Source: Blastocystis sp. Blastoise
Taxonomy: Eukaryota > Protista > Bigyra: Opalinata
DNA length: 64,000 nucleotides
Assembly (NCBI GenBank): GCA_039096225.1
Contig: JBBPEB010000002.1
Span: 1,258,595 to 1,322,594 of the forward strand
Direction: 5' to 3'
Below are positions 1-15,250 of the stretch, in pieces. The position numbers were made by a program, and so were the translations under genes. Under the pieces are notes generated by a model. The model saw only the letters and a list, made by a program, of their open reading frames with translations. It did not search any database and was not told the DNA's origin. Within the stretch, counting starts at the first letter, position 1; each line of letters opens with the position of its first letter.

Positions 1-171
1 AATAAGAATGAGGAATATAATTATCATTCACACAACTATATATAGATAATAATAATAATAATAATAAATATATATATATATATATACGAGGGTTCAAATG
101 CATATGATTCGTCCCATTCGTCATCCGTACTATTATAACTCTCATCATCAATCATACTAAGGAAGAATAGA

Positions 172-209
<38 letters not shown>

Positions 210-666
210 CACATTTAGAACATAAAATAATAATGTATTTAAAAAAAAAATACTTTTCTAAATAATAAGAGTCATCTAAAACGGCTTCAACAGAAAAAGA
301 AGATGTTTTTTTAAATACTTCTTCTAAATCTTTCTCATTCAAGGGAGTATTATCTGATTTTCTATTTAAAAAGTCATATAAAAAATATAATTTGTATAAA
401 TGAACTTACTTATCACTCTCATCATCCTATATAATATAGAAAAAATAGAACAGATTCATATCAATTGAATTAATTACAATAAACAAATAAATATTTCATA
501 CATTGGTAGTAGTTTTCTCTTTTTGAATTTGTTCAAGAACTTCAAATTTCTTCATAATATCCTCAATACTCTCCTGATCATCGACATAACCAATATATAA
601 GGAACTGTTTGGTCTAGGGTTTGATCCATCCTTTGTCTTTCGCTTCTTGGTTTTTGGAGGAGCCAT
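1..666 (-). CDS. 5' part of a multi-exon gene running off the left edge; possibly an MT-A70-family (AMT6/7 / MTA9-like) protein
   Basis: ATG at 666 followed by GT-AG introns. The peptides YIGYVDDQESIEDIMKKFEVLEQIQ and LEEVFKKTSSFSV resemble, from memory, the N-terminus of MT-A70 proteins of early-diverging fungi and protists. No catalytic domain lies inside the window. Confidence 0.4.
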
Positions 667-1858
667 CTCTCTTTTCTCAATCACTTAATAGGCTTGCAAA
701 TGAACTAAGGAAACATTTTAAATACCCACCTTTTTTTTAAACTGCAGATATTCATGTTTTTGAAGGCAATATGTTGCCTGAATTATAATTTTCCCGTGTT
801 CATACGAGTGACATGCAATTAACTTGGTATTCATTTTTTTTTATAATTTTTTTTTTCAATTTTTCTAGAAAATCATTTATTTTTGTTAATAGATATCAGG
901 TTCATTCAAAATTATGAAATAAAAGTGTTGAATGAAAAGGATAAAGAAATATTAAAAAGAATCAATTTATTGTAATTCTGCTTTATTTTGCTTTTCCTGC
1001 TACAGGATTTTATTGAAAAATGCACGTATATATGTCAATGAATAATAAATGTCTTAATTTATAGATATTAGCAAATTTATTGATTATTTGAAGTAAGTTT
1101 CACTAAATCTCTATAGTTGTCAAATAAATTGAAATTCATGCATCGTATATCTGCTATTATGTATTCATGAAGTTAATATTTGACAATAACGATGAAATTG
1201 ATATGAAATTTATATAAAAGACAAAGAAAATAAAGTAATGGATGCATTTAATGTGTACCGGAAATTATAGATGTGTATAAAAATGAATTTTCATTTTTGT
1301 CTAGAATTTTGAAAAGATATAATTGAAACAGTCTTATGAATTTATTATGAAGAGTCTATTTATAAGAATTATGAGATACTAATGCTAATAAGAGTGCTAA
1401 TTTTATTTTTGATGAATAAAAAAAGAATTAGTACTATATCTATTAATAATAAAGATTAAACTAGAATATTTATATCAATTTATTATATATTTAATAGCTG
1501 TTGTATGTTTATATATATATAATTAAACTATATATTTTAGCAGTTTTTCATTATCAATAAAATAGAATACATTGAAACATAATGAAATCTAATTATTATT
1601 CTAATTACTTTATAAAGCAAAAGGGTTTCATTAACAAAGAATAGAACAAAGCAATAGAAAAATGTTGCTATTTAATAGATACTCATACTAGTAGAATAAT
1701 AGCTTAATTAGAATAAACGTATATATATGTATATAATAAGATATTCATTGGAGAAAAGAAAACAAGAAATAAAAAAAAAAGTAAGAGATATATTGTAATG
1801 ACAAGACATACAATAATGCTATATATATATATATATAATAATAGTATTATTATTATAA

Positions 1859-3033
1859 TTATAATATTTGATCATTAAAAATGGTTTCAAAATTCATAAT
1901 TGTATTCACTCTATTTAATTTGGTCATACCGTCTATATAATATAATAATAACAATAACAATAATAATATAAATAATACCTTTAGTAAGAATACGTTTATC
2001 TTCGAAATTACTATATAATAATGGACCATATTTTTCAATAATAACTGATAATAAATTCTGAATCTTTTGACGGCGATCATATATTTTCTTACCTCGTTGA
2101 ATATTTGTTGCTCTCCACATATAAACACTTAATTTCTTATAATAAACAACATAATACTCTATATATATAAATGGTATATATAAGTATATATATATAATAA
2201 TATATATATAATAATATATATATACCCCCAACAAGGACGCCTGCATAGAATATCCATGGAAGCATACAAACAAGGGAGAAGTACTCAATATAGGTCATAC
2301 GTATATGCTTATATGTATATAGATATACTGCATAGAGGAATGGATAGAAGAATAACAAAACAATAAATAATAATAACGAACATATTATTTTATTAGTAGC
2401 TAGAATATCTTTAGCTTCAATCTTTACATAGGATTTAGCAAGTGCTTTTTGTTGCTTCTTGGATGTATATATAGGGACAATAATATACATAGGCAAAGCT
2501 AATATAGTTCCTGGGAGACATATAATTCCCGTGATTATGGACATAATGAATGAAATAAATAAATTTCGTTTATATAATTGTTTTGTAGGATTACAACCTT
2601 GTTCAACAACCTATATAAGTAAATAATAATCACGAGAATATAAATATAGTAGTTAAACAAAAAAACAAGTGATTTATATATATATATAATTATACTTGCT
2701 TATCACTGAATCCAGTAATATCTAAATAATCGCGGTAAATATCAATTTCATTCACAACTTCCTTAACATCTTCTTCCTCACCATATTCTTTTAAACTATA
2801 TATATATAGATTTATAATAATAATAATAATAATAATAATATATATATATATATACCCTTCTAAGAAATGTCGTTGTATTTTTACTTTTTGTTCAGTCGAT
2901 AGTTTTACTTTCGTTTGTGTATATATACGTCTTGCTGTTTCAACAATAGTGTTCTCTTCCCAATCACATGCCGTAGTTGTAACAGTATTTAACGATCTAC
3001 GAACATCGTTTAAAAATTCTCCAACAACCTAAG

Positions 3034-3076
<43 letters not shown>

Positions 3077-3369
3077 TATATATATATATATATACTTCTT
3101 TCTTTTCTTCTCCTCCAAGATTATATGCTTCTGTATATTGAGTAAAAGGAATAGGATCACCGATATCCATTAATAATGTAGCTCTATATATATAGATATA
3201 AAATGTTAACAATAATAATAATAATAATAATAATAATGTTTAATAATAATAATAATGTCAATAATAAATGAATAATAGTTGAGAACATAATATATATATA
3301 TACTTTCTAAATATATGTCCATGATAATAATTCATACCCACGGGAATAACAGTCAATTCTTGATCAGGA

Positions 3370-3433
<64 letters not shown>

Positions 3434-4692
3434 TAATATATATATATACTAAGGAATGAAATCCGAGTGTAAGAAGAGAAACACCCACTTTTAAGGGTAA
3501 TAACTATATAATAATAATAATAATAATTATATATATATATATATACATCGGGTCTATCATGTGACCCACCCTCAGGAAAGATCGCGACACAATTATTATC
3601 CAATAATTTACTGTATGTATCACTAAACATTTTATGATTATCCAAATGAGGAATATACTATATATATATATTATAAATAAACTATAATATATAATAAATA
3701 TCTATTTAAAACACACTTATATATTAATAATAATATACTTTACATTTATATATTCCTTGTTCTTCTTTTAATTCTTCTTCTGTTTTCACTTTCTTTTCAG
3801 TTGTTAACTCGAGAGGAGTGAAAGGAGATTTCTTGGGTTCATCCATTCCCACGGGAATTGTCTGTGTTAATAAGATATGGGTATCATCAATAATTTTATC
3901 TATAGCTACTTTATGCTTTCCTAACTATATATATATAACACAAAACAATATATATATTTAAAACAAAAATTAATAGATAGAATCAAATAACTAATAGAAA
4001 CAAAAATATAAAATAAATAAACTACTATCTATATATATACAAGAAGACAAGCTTTAGTAGCAGTGAACTCTGTAAAATGAGTATTTGTACCCTATAAAAT
4101 AATCGTGGGAATAGTTCATTTATTAAATAAATATATATATATACAATGACTTCTTTTTCATTGACTACGACTTCTCCCACGGGAATTGCAAGATCTTCAG
4201 GACGATTTACAGGAATAATACTGTTCATTAATTTCATAAATGAACCCACAACTGGAATTTTAAAACTGGAAGCAGCACCAATAAAATAAACCTATGAATA
4301 TATATATATGTATATATATAAATATAAATATATATATAATAATAATTAAGTTAAAAAATGATACTATGATAAAAAAAAAAAGAAAATACTTTTCTTGGCA
4401 TTTGACTGGAAAGAATCATAGCATCAACAAATTGATTCGCATGAGGAGCACAAACAAGAATGACTGGACCAGTTTTAGGAATCTTTTCTTTTCCATTAAT
4501 AGTAATATCTAAATAAAGAGAATAGAATCAGAATTTGTTTCAAAATGGAAAATAAAGTATATGTATACCTTTAAAGAAGAATTTAGTTGTCATTGTATAG
4601 ATGACTTCAACAATTCTTTCAATAAGAGTTTGCCCTTTTTTGGGCCAGAGACGGTAGAACATCACAGCATAGCAGAAAAAGACTGAAATCAT
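1859..4692 (-). CDS. Glycerol-3-phosphate O-acyltransferase (Sct1/Gpt2-type), multi-exon
   Basis: Acyltransferase motif I HANQFVDA (~4420-4445), motif III FPEGGSHDR, IPVNRPED and C-terminal TM helices. The start is uncertain: in-frame ATG at 4692, another ATG at 4804. Confidence 0.85.
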
Positions 4693-5020
4693 AAAACTAT
4701 GAGATAATTGAATATTTACTGATATAGTAGGCCGTTTCTTTGATTGAGAACAAAGAAGTTACTCTTTCCGTCTCGTCAATTACTTCTTCAACAAGAGTAT
4801 TCATTAATTATGTATTATATATAAATAATATTTGAATAAAAAAATTACCTAACAAAAAAAAAGTTTTAGTATCTGAATTAGGAGGAGTTTTTGTGAGTGT
4901 TTTCCCTCGGAAACGGAAGAATAAATGACTGAATCTGTTTCAGCCATATTCAAGAGAACAGAGAATAATCATGGAAATGTCTGATTAAAAATTTGTTACT
5001 CTTTTTGTGTCGTTGTGAAC

Positions 5021-5726
5021 ATGTCTGTCTCTCCTATACCAGAGGTTTGTGACTACAAGAGGTCTGTCTTGGTAGATGTTGTTTTCTCAAGAGAGGCTTA
5101 TTATCCTGGAAACATTATGTCGTGTATGTTAACGTTAAAGAAACCTGCTACGGCTCAGAACGATATCTATTTTGAGTGGCTAGCTGTTCAAGTAAGAAAT
5201 CTATATAATATTATTATTTTTATATACTTATTTTAAATGTGCCTTATGTTTTGTTGAATTTTATAGATTCATGGACATGTTGCAGTTGATCCTCATTTTG
5301 CATTACTTCCTGCTACTCAATCGAAATCCAAGAAGACTCCTATGTCTACATTACCAAACATTAAAAATTTAGAGACAGATGATTGCATGTGTTTATATCA
5401 AAGTACTCCTTTTGTCTTAGAAAGTGATTGCTATTTAGATGATCATGTCAAAAAATGTACATACATTGCTTAATATATTTTTTTAATTTTTTTAAAATTT
5501 TTTGTTGTTGTTGTTTTATTATATTCTATATATATAGATATGTTTCAGATTCAGATTCCTGAGGATGTACCTCCATCCTTAAAGTGCTCTTCTGTTAAAT
5601 ATTTGTATGATTTTATATATATATATAAATGTTTATTTTATATATTTATTTTTTTTAAATTTTTTTTTATTCTATTCAAATAATAATATTTTTATTATTT
5701 TCATTCAAATAATATATATATCTATT

Positions 5727-5769
<43 letters not shown>

Positions 5770-6204
5770 ATTTATTTTCAATTATATTATCATTCCCCAA
5801 TTCTCCACCAAGAACGTATATAACAGAATTTAAAGTTCATCTGTATATATATATATATAATGATTATTTTGATTATTATGATTATTATGATATAGTAATA
5901 GTATATATCTATCTATCTCCATTCTTATATATATCTCTCTCTCTTAGTCCTCCTACGTATCAAGATCCTACGCATCTTTATGATTACCCCTCCTTCTTCA
6001 CTCCTATTAATACATATAAAATGGTCGATGTCTCAGATACTGATGCATATATATATTATTATTATTATTATATATTTATTTAACTATATAATGATTTAAC
6101 TATTTAACTATATTATTATTATAACTATATGACTATATATATATAGTTAAGTTTACGTGTGTCTCCTTTGTCAATTTCAATGAGTGAAACGAATCAACAA
6201 GAAC

Positions 6205-6236
<32 letters not shown>

Positions 6237-6828
6237 ACTACTATTATTCTTATTATCTTTATTATATATAGAAGATGACATATATATTAATAATGATGTT
6301 TCTATATATAATGATAATATTCAACAAACTAAAAATATGCTTCAATCAAATGATATTATTCGTAATAATACTATTCCATCTGTGTTCTCCATCACTTGTC
6401 AAGATAAGTTAATAGGTAAGATCAAGATTAGTACGGATAACGTACATTTGGGAGAAAGTATCTTTATCAATTTTGATACTAGTGACTCTGAATTCAAATG
6501 CTTACGTGTATATATAGAATAATAATAATATATATACTATTATTATTAGTATCTTATAATTTATAATTATATATATATAAATATCTAATTAAATTTATTT
6601 TTATTATATATTATTTTTCTTTTTATATTTCTATTATATCTCCACGGTTATTTTAAATGTAGATTTTGGTTTCCCTCCGTTTATCTCAATATTTACCCGC
6701 TATGAATTATGTATTCTTTAAAGAAAAGACAGTTACACATATAAATATGAATACTCTTTCTAGTGGTAGATGTCCTATATATATAAGTGTTCCTTCTTTC
6801 TCTCCTCCTTCTATTACTACTCAACAAA

Positions 6829-6904
<76 letters not shown>

Positions 6905-7254
6905 TATATGTATATATATCATTCTATTTATTTATATATATATATAATTCTATTTATATATAAAAATTTATATCATTCTATATAAATATATAAATAGTTC
7001 AATTACGATGGTCTTTATTCTTTGTTTTTACTGTTCAACATGAATATACACAAACTCCAAATCCTGAAGATATATATACATTTGATCCTTCAACTATACC
7101 TACGTCTACTATTGAAAATATTGAATGGACTATTCCTATTACTGTTTATTCACCTGAAGAATCTGGAATTATAGAGAAAATTGGAGATATTCCCATGTTT
7201 TTAGGTGATGAAAATATATTCACTTTAAGTCCTATTAAACCTAGTATTGTCTAA
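5021..7254 (+). CDS. RGP1: Rgp1 / RAB6A-GEF complex partner protein 2, multi-exon
   Basis: WLAVQIHG, FQIQIPEDVPPSLKCSSVK, GESIFINFD and QLRWSLFFVF match the Rgp1 arrestin-like pattern. Introns are GT-AG plus a probable GC-AG intron at 6045. Stop at 7252-7254. Confidence 0.7.
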
Positions 7255-7430
7255 TTCTATATATATCTAAATTTCTCTATTTATTTTCTTTATTATATAT
7301 ATATATATATATATATATATTTTAATATTATTTGTTATCTATATCTATTATTTCTTCAAATGTAAATTCTACTTGTATATATATACCTATTTTAAAAATT
7401 ATTTATCATAGTATATCTTCTTAATTAATA

Positions 7431-10400
7431 TCCTTAATTTAGTTCATGTAGCGTACGGTGTCTCACACACTTTCACTATTATTGACTTTGTTATTAACTT
7501 TTATTAAATAAAAATAACATCATAAAATACGGAACACAATTCTGAAAATGACTGTTAAAGAAATTTTTCGAAAACTCTAAATTTCTGGCTAAAAAACGCA
7601 AAAAACCATTTTCGCACAAAATTTTAACCAAAATTATTGGATTATTTTTATTTTATCCAATATTCTTCATTTTTATAAAAACACACATTTTTCTATTTTC
7701 ATTTTTTATTGTTTTCTTATTTTTCCTATATCTACTCACATACTCTATATTTATTTTTATAAAATTGACTTTTATTGACGGGTTAGTCTTATAAATAGTT
7801 TTGACGGGTGAATTAGTTTATATTTACAACTTGACAACATATCAATACACACATCACTAACTATAAACTCTAAAATGGTTTCAGTTGTTATGATACTGAC
7901 CTCAACTACTCTGAAACCACAATAATTCCTTTAAATAACAACAAAAGTCAAACTGATATCCGACACATTCCTTCTTTATAAACTTATTTGAGCTTTAATG
8001 TATTTATTTAACTCTGTATCCGTCATAAATATGTTTTATATTTTAATAATATGTTTTAATAAGAAAATATTTGATAATAGAAATTTTGATGTTTTGATAG
8101 TATAGTTTGTTATTCGTCTTTCTCCTTGAGTTTTGGGTATTTTTTAAAAATAAAAGTATAATTATAATTAAGATAAGCTATTGCAGATACATATTTTTTA
8201 TTTTATCTAAATATTTAATATTGACTGAGAAACATTCATTTATATGAAACACATAAAAATGAAAATTTTCTAAAAAGGGTATAGTTTGTTATTGAGATTT
8301 CTCAGTCAATTCTTAATAAAATAAAAAGGTTAAAACATATTTAGAAACTAGACATGTCATAGCAGATACATTTTTTTTATTTTTTTAATTAATAAAAAAC
8401 TCAGGTCACAAGAGTCAATAGTTGAACTCAATAAAAAAATGACTTTTGAAATTTTTCTCAAAAATTTTTCATTTGTTTTTTGTTAATATTCTCATCAATA
8501 ATTAATATATTTGACATTTGACACTATATTGAATCACTACATATCAAAATAAACATATTTTACAATTTTATTTTGTTTTTAAAAGACTTTGACAACAGAT
8601 CACCAGACAATGTTAACTTAATAAACTCTTAAAACGTTTTAATTAGTGCTGAGAATCACGCATGGACACTATATGTCACTTTTTTACAAAAGTTAAGACA
8701 ACATGTTAGACTGATACTGACAATGTTTGTCTTAAGAAGTCAGTTATGAGTCATTATGAGTTGTAAATGTTATAAATAGTGTTTTAATAAATAAATATGC
8801 TCTTATTAGTCTTTAATTAGTGAAATAAATCGTTTAAAAAAAGAAAACATTTTTGATACTATAGTTTATTTTGACAATTTCTCCATCAATATCAATTTTT
8901 AAAAAATAAATAAAACTTATTTACAAACTAGACAACCTATAGTTTATAAATTTATAAAAATATTATCAAAATATAAAATAACTTTTGAGATAAAAAATTA
9001 TATATGCAAAACATAAAATAATTAATTTTTGAAAAAAGGGTATACTTTATAACATTAATTTCTCAGTCAATATTTAATTATTTTATATAATTTTAACAAA
9101 TAAATATAGAGAATAACACATATTAATAATATTATTTTTAATATTTGAAATTAATAAAAGAATGAATTCAATAGAGTCAATAGTATAACATGTTAAAAAA
9201 CTGAAAATTGAAAAATCATTTTTCTAAAAATTTTCCGAAAGTTGACAAATCAAATTCATATTTGACAATTAATTTTTACATATTTGATAACTAGACCTTA
9301 TATGTATTGCATATCTCAAAAAAATAGTCAAAATTGGGTTAGACGAGTGTATATATATATGCACATGTTGACTCATAATTTTGTAAAAAGTAGTTAAATG
9401 TGTCCTAAATCACATGTTAGGACAATTCTGAAAATATTATCACTCTATAATGAATTTAAAGGGTAAAATAATTTTGAATTGTCTGTTTGACTGTCTTAAG
9501 TGAAGAGATTCAATACACTTTTTATAAAAATGAGTATTAGAGTGTTTAATGTTTATAATAATAAAAGAATTGTTTGAAATAAAGGTGGTTGTGTGTTTGA
9601 CCAAAATGTTAAAATGAGTCTATTTTTCTAAAATGGTTACAATAAGTATATATTGAGTGTTTTTAGAGTGTTTCATATTAAAATCTACAATAAATAAATA
9701 TTTTAAGTTGTTCAAAAAATTATTTTTTTAGAATTACAATAGTTAAGTCAAGAGATTCAAGTCACTTTTTATAATAATAATAAATAGACTTATTATAGAA
9801 TATAAAATATTAAAAATTAGTTTAATTAAACATGGTTGACTGTTTGATAGGAGTGTTAAAATGGGTAAAAAGATTTTAATTGTTTCTAAAACTGTATAAT
9901 ACGTTTTTATGTCACTAAATACAAAATTATTATTGTTTAAAGAATGTTTTTTGTCTTTCAAAAGAACTCATTTTTTGTAATTGTGACTTTAAACAAATGA
10001 AATTCAAGTTATTTTTTATAAATTAAAATAACAAATTAAATATATGTGTATATGAATATAAAATTAGTTAAAATAAAAGTGAGTATATGTATTTAAAAAC
10101 GTTTAAATCTTTTAGAGTTTTTTTATAATAACTTATTTGTTTTATAAACTATATTTTATGTATAATAGGTAAAGTTTCCAAAGTATTTAAATCTATTTAG
10201 TTATGAAATGAAATGTAATTTTTGTTTTATATTTTAGTTTTTATTTCTTATTTCTAGAATGATTTTGATAACACTATAAAAATTGAATTAAATTTGAATT
10301 AATTAATTTTAAATAATGAAAAGATAATTTCTCTATAAATATTCTCTTTTACTTAAAACGAATAGATTCTATTAATGATAAATATTAAAATAAGACTCTA

Positions 10401-11580
10401 ATTTTTTTGTTTATTATATAAAGTAATAAATATCTTTTAATTATTAAGAGTACTTTTGTATTAATAATTCAAACTAAAATAAGTATAATAAAAGAAAAAT
10501 TATAATATTTATCAAATAATATCAAGATATGATTACTATTTATATAATTAAACATTTATTAATTGAGAAAAGCTGTATAATAAAATTTCTAAAATATTTA
10601 TATAATAGTATATATAAAAGGAAAGGATAAAATATAAAAAAACAAATAGATATCAAAATTATAATATTTTAAAAATAAAACAAAACAATATATGAAAAGA
10701 ATAAAAAAGAATATATAATATTTTTTTAGACAAGAGAATAAGCTATTTCTCACAATAATAATTATATAGACTAATTCAAATAAAACATAAATATTTAAAG
10801 GTAGGGTATAAGTGATAATAATATGTTTTAAAAGAAAAAGTATTTTATAATCATATTGATATTATTTAAAATACTAAATATTTATAAAACTAAATGAATT
10901 GATAAAATACATAGAAAGTTATAAATGAAATAACAAAGAAAAGTGAATTAATATTGAAAACTAAAAACTAAATAGAAATAGAAATAGAAATAGAAATAGA
11001 AATAGAAATAGAAATAGAAATAGAAATAGAAATAGAAATAGAAATAGAAATAGAAATAGAAATAGAAATAGAAATAGAAATAGAAATAGAAATAGAAATA
11101 GAAATAGAAATAGAAATAGAAATAGAAATAGAAATAGAAATAGAAATAGAAATAGAAATAGAAATAGAAATAGAAATAAGATCAAAAATAAAACGCAAGA
11201 GTTAATTAATTATCATTGATAAACAATAAATATATATAATCAATAATAAAAATGGCTAAAAAGAATATTAAAAAAAAAAGGAAATAATACTCAAAAACAT
11301 ATAGAATGTTAAGTAAGAATTATCAATATGTATGAATTAAATTATTTAAAATACTAAATTGAAAATTAAGATTAGAAGATAACAATTAAAAGCAATTGAA
11401 ATAATATTTTATAAAATATGAAATAGTTTTAATCCTAAAAAAAAATAAAAACAGAAATGAATAACAAAAACATAAGAATAAATATTCATTTTTTAAAATT
11501 CAATGTAAGATATAACAATTGAGAGATAATAATTATCTAAACTCAAGCGTAGGCTGGCGTAGCCAGTCGTGAAACGCTTG
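7431..11580 (+). mobile_element. Non-autonomous Helitron (4150 bp), same family as 15672-29109
   Basis: 5' end A|TCCTTAATTTAG. The first ~2.2 kb is colinear with 15672-~17860. The 3' end is a GC hairpin followed by CTTG|T. No TSD, no ORF. Confidence 0.9.
10971..11178 (+). repeat. (ATAGAA)n hexanucleotide microsatellite inside the non-autonomous Helitron
   Basis: About 34 perfect copies read directly. Confidence 0.95.
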
Positions 11581-12266
11581 TTATACATAAATATCTAGAA
11601 TTATTTCATTTATTTATTTTTCACTTATTTTTCATTTTGCATTATTTTATTGTCGTGTTTTTCATATTTATTTTTTGTTATTAGTTTTATTCTTTCATTT
11701 ATCTTCATTCAAAATACCTGATGATTTATCCATATTCTCGACAAACATAATATATTAAATGCTACATAATTAATCAAATCATTGAACTGTTTTTTCATAT
11801 TTTATAAAAATGTCACTTTTCTTTGAAAATTACTATAAAATATATACTAAACCTTATTTTAAAACAAACCTAGCAAAACATTTCAATCAAACATTTCAGA
11901 AATAAACAAATTTCTAAACAATTTTTGCAAAATAGTTCCTTACTGACTCTGCTTTTTATCTCTATGAATGACAAAAACATCACTATTACCTTTGCCTATC
12001 AATTATACATACATACATCTATTCTTAATATGAAAACGAATTGATTTCTTTTTCATTTCTAGAGATGATAAATCCGTAATCTTTGGTAATTACCGATGGA
12101 AATTTCGTCGTAATTTTATATTTTTTCATGTGGAAATTACCACACAAGAATGATAAACCCATGATTATTTCTTTTTTAAAGGGGAAAATTTATAAGTGAA
12201 TATAGGTAAATATTCTTCTATTTGACCTTCATCATTTTAAACAGTTCAAACAAGTGGTTGATCAAT

Positions 12267-13170
12267 ATGGAGGTGAAAAAGCATATAATGTTGGCATCCC
12301 TACATAGTTATATTGAGAAATTGAATTGTTTAGATCCAGATACACAAGAATACAAATGCCCAATTTGTTTAAGAACAAATATGAAAAATATTACTCGTTT
12401 CGTGAATCACCTTTCAGATGAATACGTATTCAATAAATCAATCATGACAGATCAACAACTGATACTATGCGAAACTGCTAATTCAATATGTACACATCGT
12501 AACCATAAAGTGCTTGAAGATAGAAGTAATACAGGTGATACCAATGCAATCTCTTCAAAACAATCTTTTGTAAATACCGAAAAATTTTATCATGATTTAA
12601 TATGTTTCTTTTTAACAGCAAGTATATTATATTATATTATATTATATTATATTATATTATATTATATTATATTATATTATATTATATTATATTATATTAT
12701 ATTATATTATATTATATATGATTAGATATTTCATTTTCAGAAATCAGTAATAAATATTTTGCAAAAATGTTACAAGACTTGGGTACAGAATGTAAACTAC
12801 CAGATAGGCAAAAATTAAGTGGCAAATATTTAGAATCGGTTTTCACTCAAACGTTAAAAAGCCTCGGAGATATTTTAAAGAATGCCAAGCGTGTTTATTT
12901 ATCTTTTGATGGTACATCAAATGTTAATCAGGAAAAATATATTAATGTAGTGGCAATCATTGAACATAAACCATATCTCTACAGTATGTATAATGTAACA
13001 GACTGTGGAGAAACGAGTGATACCATTGCTTATATTATTTATGATTGTATATCTCGAATCGGTTTCAATAAAGTAAAAGGAATTATATCAGATAACTGTA
13101 GTGTCAATATTTCTAGTCGAGAAAAAGTAATCCAGAAAATTCATGATTCTCAGAATAGTATAAGATATAA
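12267..13170 (+). pseudogene. hAT transposase, 5' half (BED-like finger, DUF659-type catalytic N-part), interrupted by a Helitron
   Basis: YKCPIC..RFVNHL, intron 12622-12725, ANISFS..N..F..ML..L....LPDR..LS, first catalytic D (LSFDG) and second D (ISDN). Confidence 0.88.
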
Positions 13171-13914
13171 CTAGGGTCACGCCGCAGGTCCGGGGCCTAA
13201 CGGCACCGGACCGCGGCTGCATAAAATAATAACAGTTTGGCTTTTATTTTCTTTTTTTCATTATTATATATTACCTATTATATATTATTATTTATTATTT
13301 ATTATCTATTATATATTATATATTATATATTATATATTATATATTATATATTATATATTACTTTAATAACACTTCTTATACTCTATATGGAGAGTTACAA
13401 TCATTTATTGATTGTAATCAGGTTCAATTCCTGATATAAGAATTAAATAAATTCTTTAAATGATATCAAAAAAACTAAAAACAATACTTGAAAGAAAATT
13501 AAAAAACTATTTTGAATCATTATACATATTATTTATTATTTTTAAAATATATTTTGTATTTAGTAATAATTAAACAACTGTTTAAAACATTCTTTGAGTT
13601 TTTAAAGTCAATAACTTTAGAAATGAGTACCAATGTGAAGTAGTGTAAAGTATTTGTAATTCATAAAATTCATTTAAATAAACGTAATAAAATAATTTTA
13701 ACTCATTTTAATACTTCTTAAAAGAATTTTGAAGTTTTTAGTATAACAAAGTCAGCATTCATTCTAACTTTGACTAATAAAACATGGTTTAAAAAGTTAA
13801 TATTTCTTCAGTTGTCTCAAATACTTATTTTAATCATAAATGACTCGAAAAAGTGACTTTTAAATAGACTTTACCCATTCAAGATCCACTGTATCAAAAC
13901 AGTTTCCGTCAGTC

Positions 13915-15250
13915 TTTTGATATAGTATAGAGTTTATCATACTATTTATTAAATAAAAGTAAATGTTTTGAATCTCTTTCTTAAAGACCCTTTTTGACAC
14001 ATTATGAAAAGTTGACACACTTAAATTCATTTTTATAAGCTAATATTTACACACTATACTTAATAATACCATAGCTACACATTGGTCATCACTTTAAGAC
14101 ATTTCGTAAACCTTTTGCATTTGCTCATTTACTTTGACCAAAATATTTTCGTCCCTCCTTTTGATATAATATAGAGTGTGTGGTCTAGTTATATGAAAGT
14201 GAGAGGGAATTTTGAATCTCGTCCTCTAAGTCAAACATTTTCACATTTTTCAAAATTAAGACCCTTAGAGTTGATTTTTGAAGTTAATTTTTCTACAGTG
14301 TTCCAAAAACACGATTTTGCACAAACTGAAGTAAAAATATTTTTTCAATAACTCTCACAACCCTTTACACATCCACTCTCTAAAAATAGTTTTTGCTATA
14401 TTTTTGATATGTTGTAGAGTGTCTCTTAGTGTATACTGAACAATATCTCGTTTCTTAAAACTCTCATTTTATGACTCTCTTTGAACATATTTTTACTAAT
14501 TGAAAGACTTAAACACATTTTTAAAAGCTAATATTTACATAGTAGACTTTATATGACTCTATAATCACATTAGTCAACACTTTAGACTTATTAAGAAGAC
14601 TTTACCATTTGGTCATACACTTCGACCAAAATATTTTTGTCCCTCCTTTTAACATAATATAGATCATACACTCTAGTTTAATGAATAAAAGCTCTTATTT
14701 TGAATCTCGTTCTCTAAGTCACTCATTTTTACATTTTTCAAAATTTAAGACCCTTAGAGTTGTTTTTTTGACTCAATTTTTCTACAGTGCACGAAATTCA
14801 CGATTTTATATAAACTGAAGTAAAAATAAATTTTAAATAATAGTCACAACCCTTCACACATCCACTCTCTAAAAATTATTTTCTTTGTACTTTTGATATG
14901 TTGTAGAGCTACTATAGCTGTACACTAATTAAAATCTATAAATTTTTTATTCATAGTTTAAGACTATGTTTTACACATTCTTTTGAATTTGACAACCTTA
15001 AACTATTTATTTAAAGCTCTTATTCATAAAATAGACTTAATACATGATTCTAAACACATATGCAAACCCTTTTACTTTTTAAGACACATTTTGTCATTTG
15101 GTCATACACTTTGACCTTCATAATTTTGACTCTTCTTTTGACATAGAATAGAGTATTATCTCTAGTTTACTAAATAAAAGTCATTATATTGAATCTCTCA
15201 CTCTAAGACCACTTAATTCACATTTTTCAAAATTGTGACACTCAAACTCA
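13915..15250. repeat. Diverged tandem array of ~244-bp units with ~488-bp dimer periodicity
   Basis: The TTTTGAYAT..ATAGAG motif recurs at about 13915, 14159, 14402, 14647, 14891 and 15136. Alternate units are the most similar. Confidence 0.75.

Noticed and set aside
10961-11198. ORFs of (LF)n and (IS)n
   Set aside because: They are translations of the (ATAGAA)n microsatellite.
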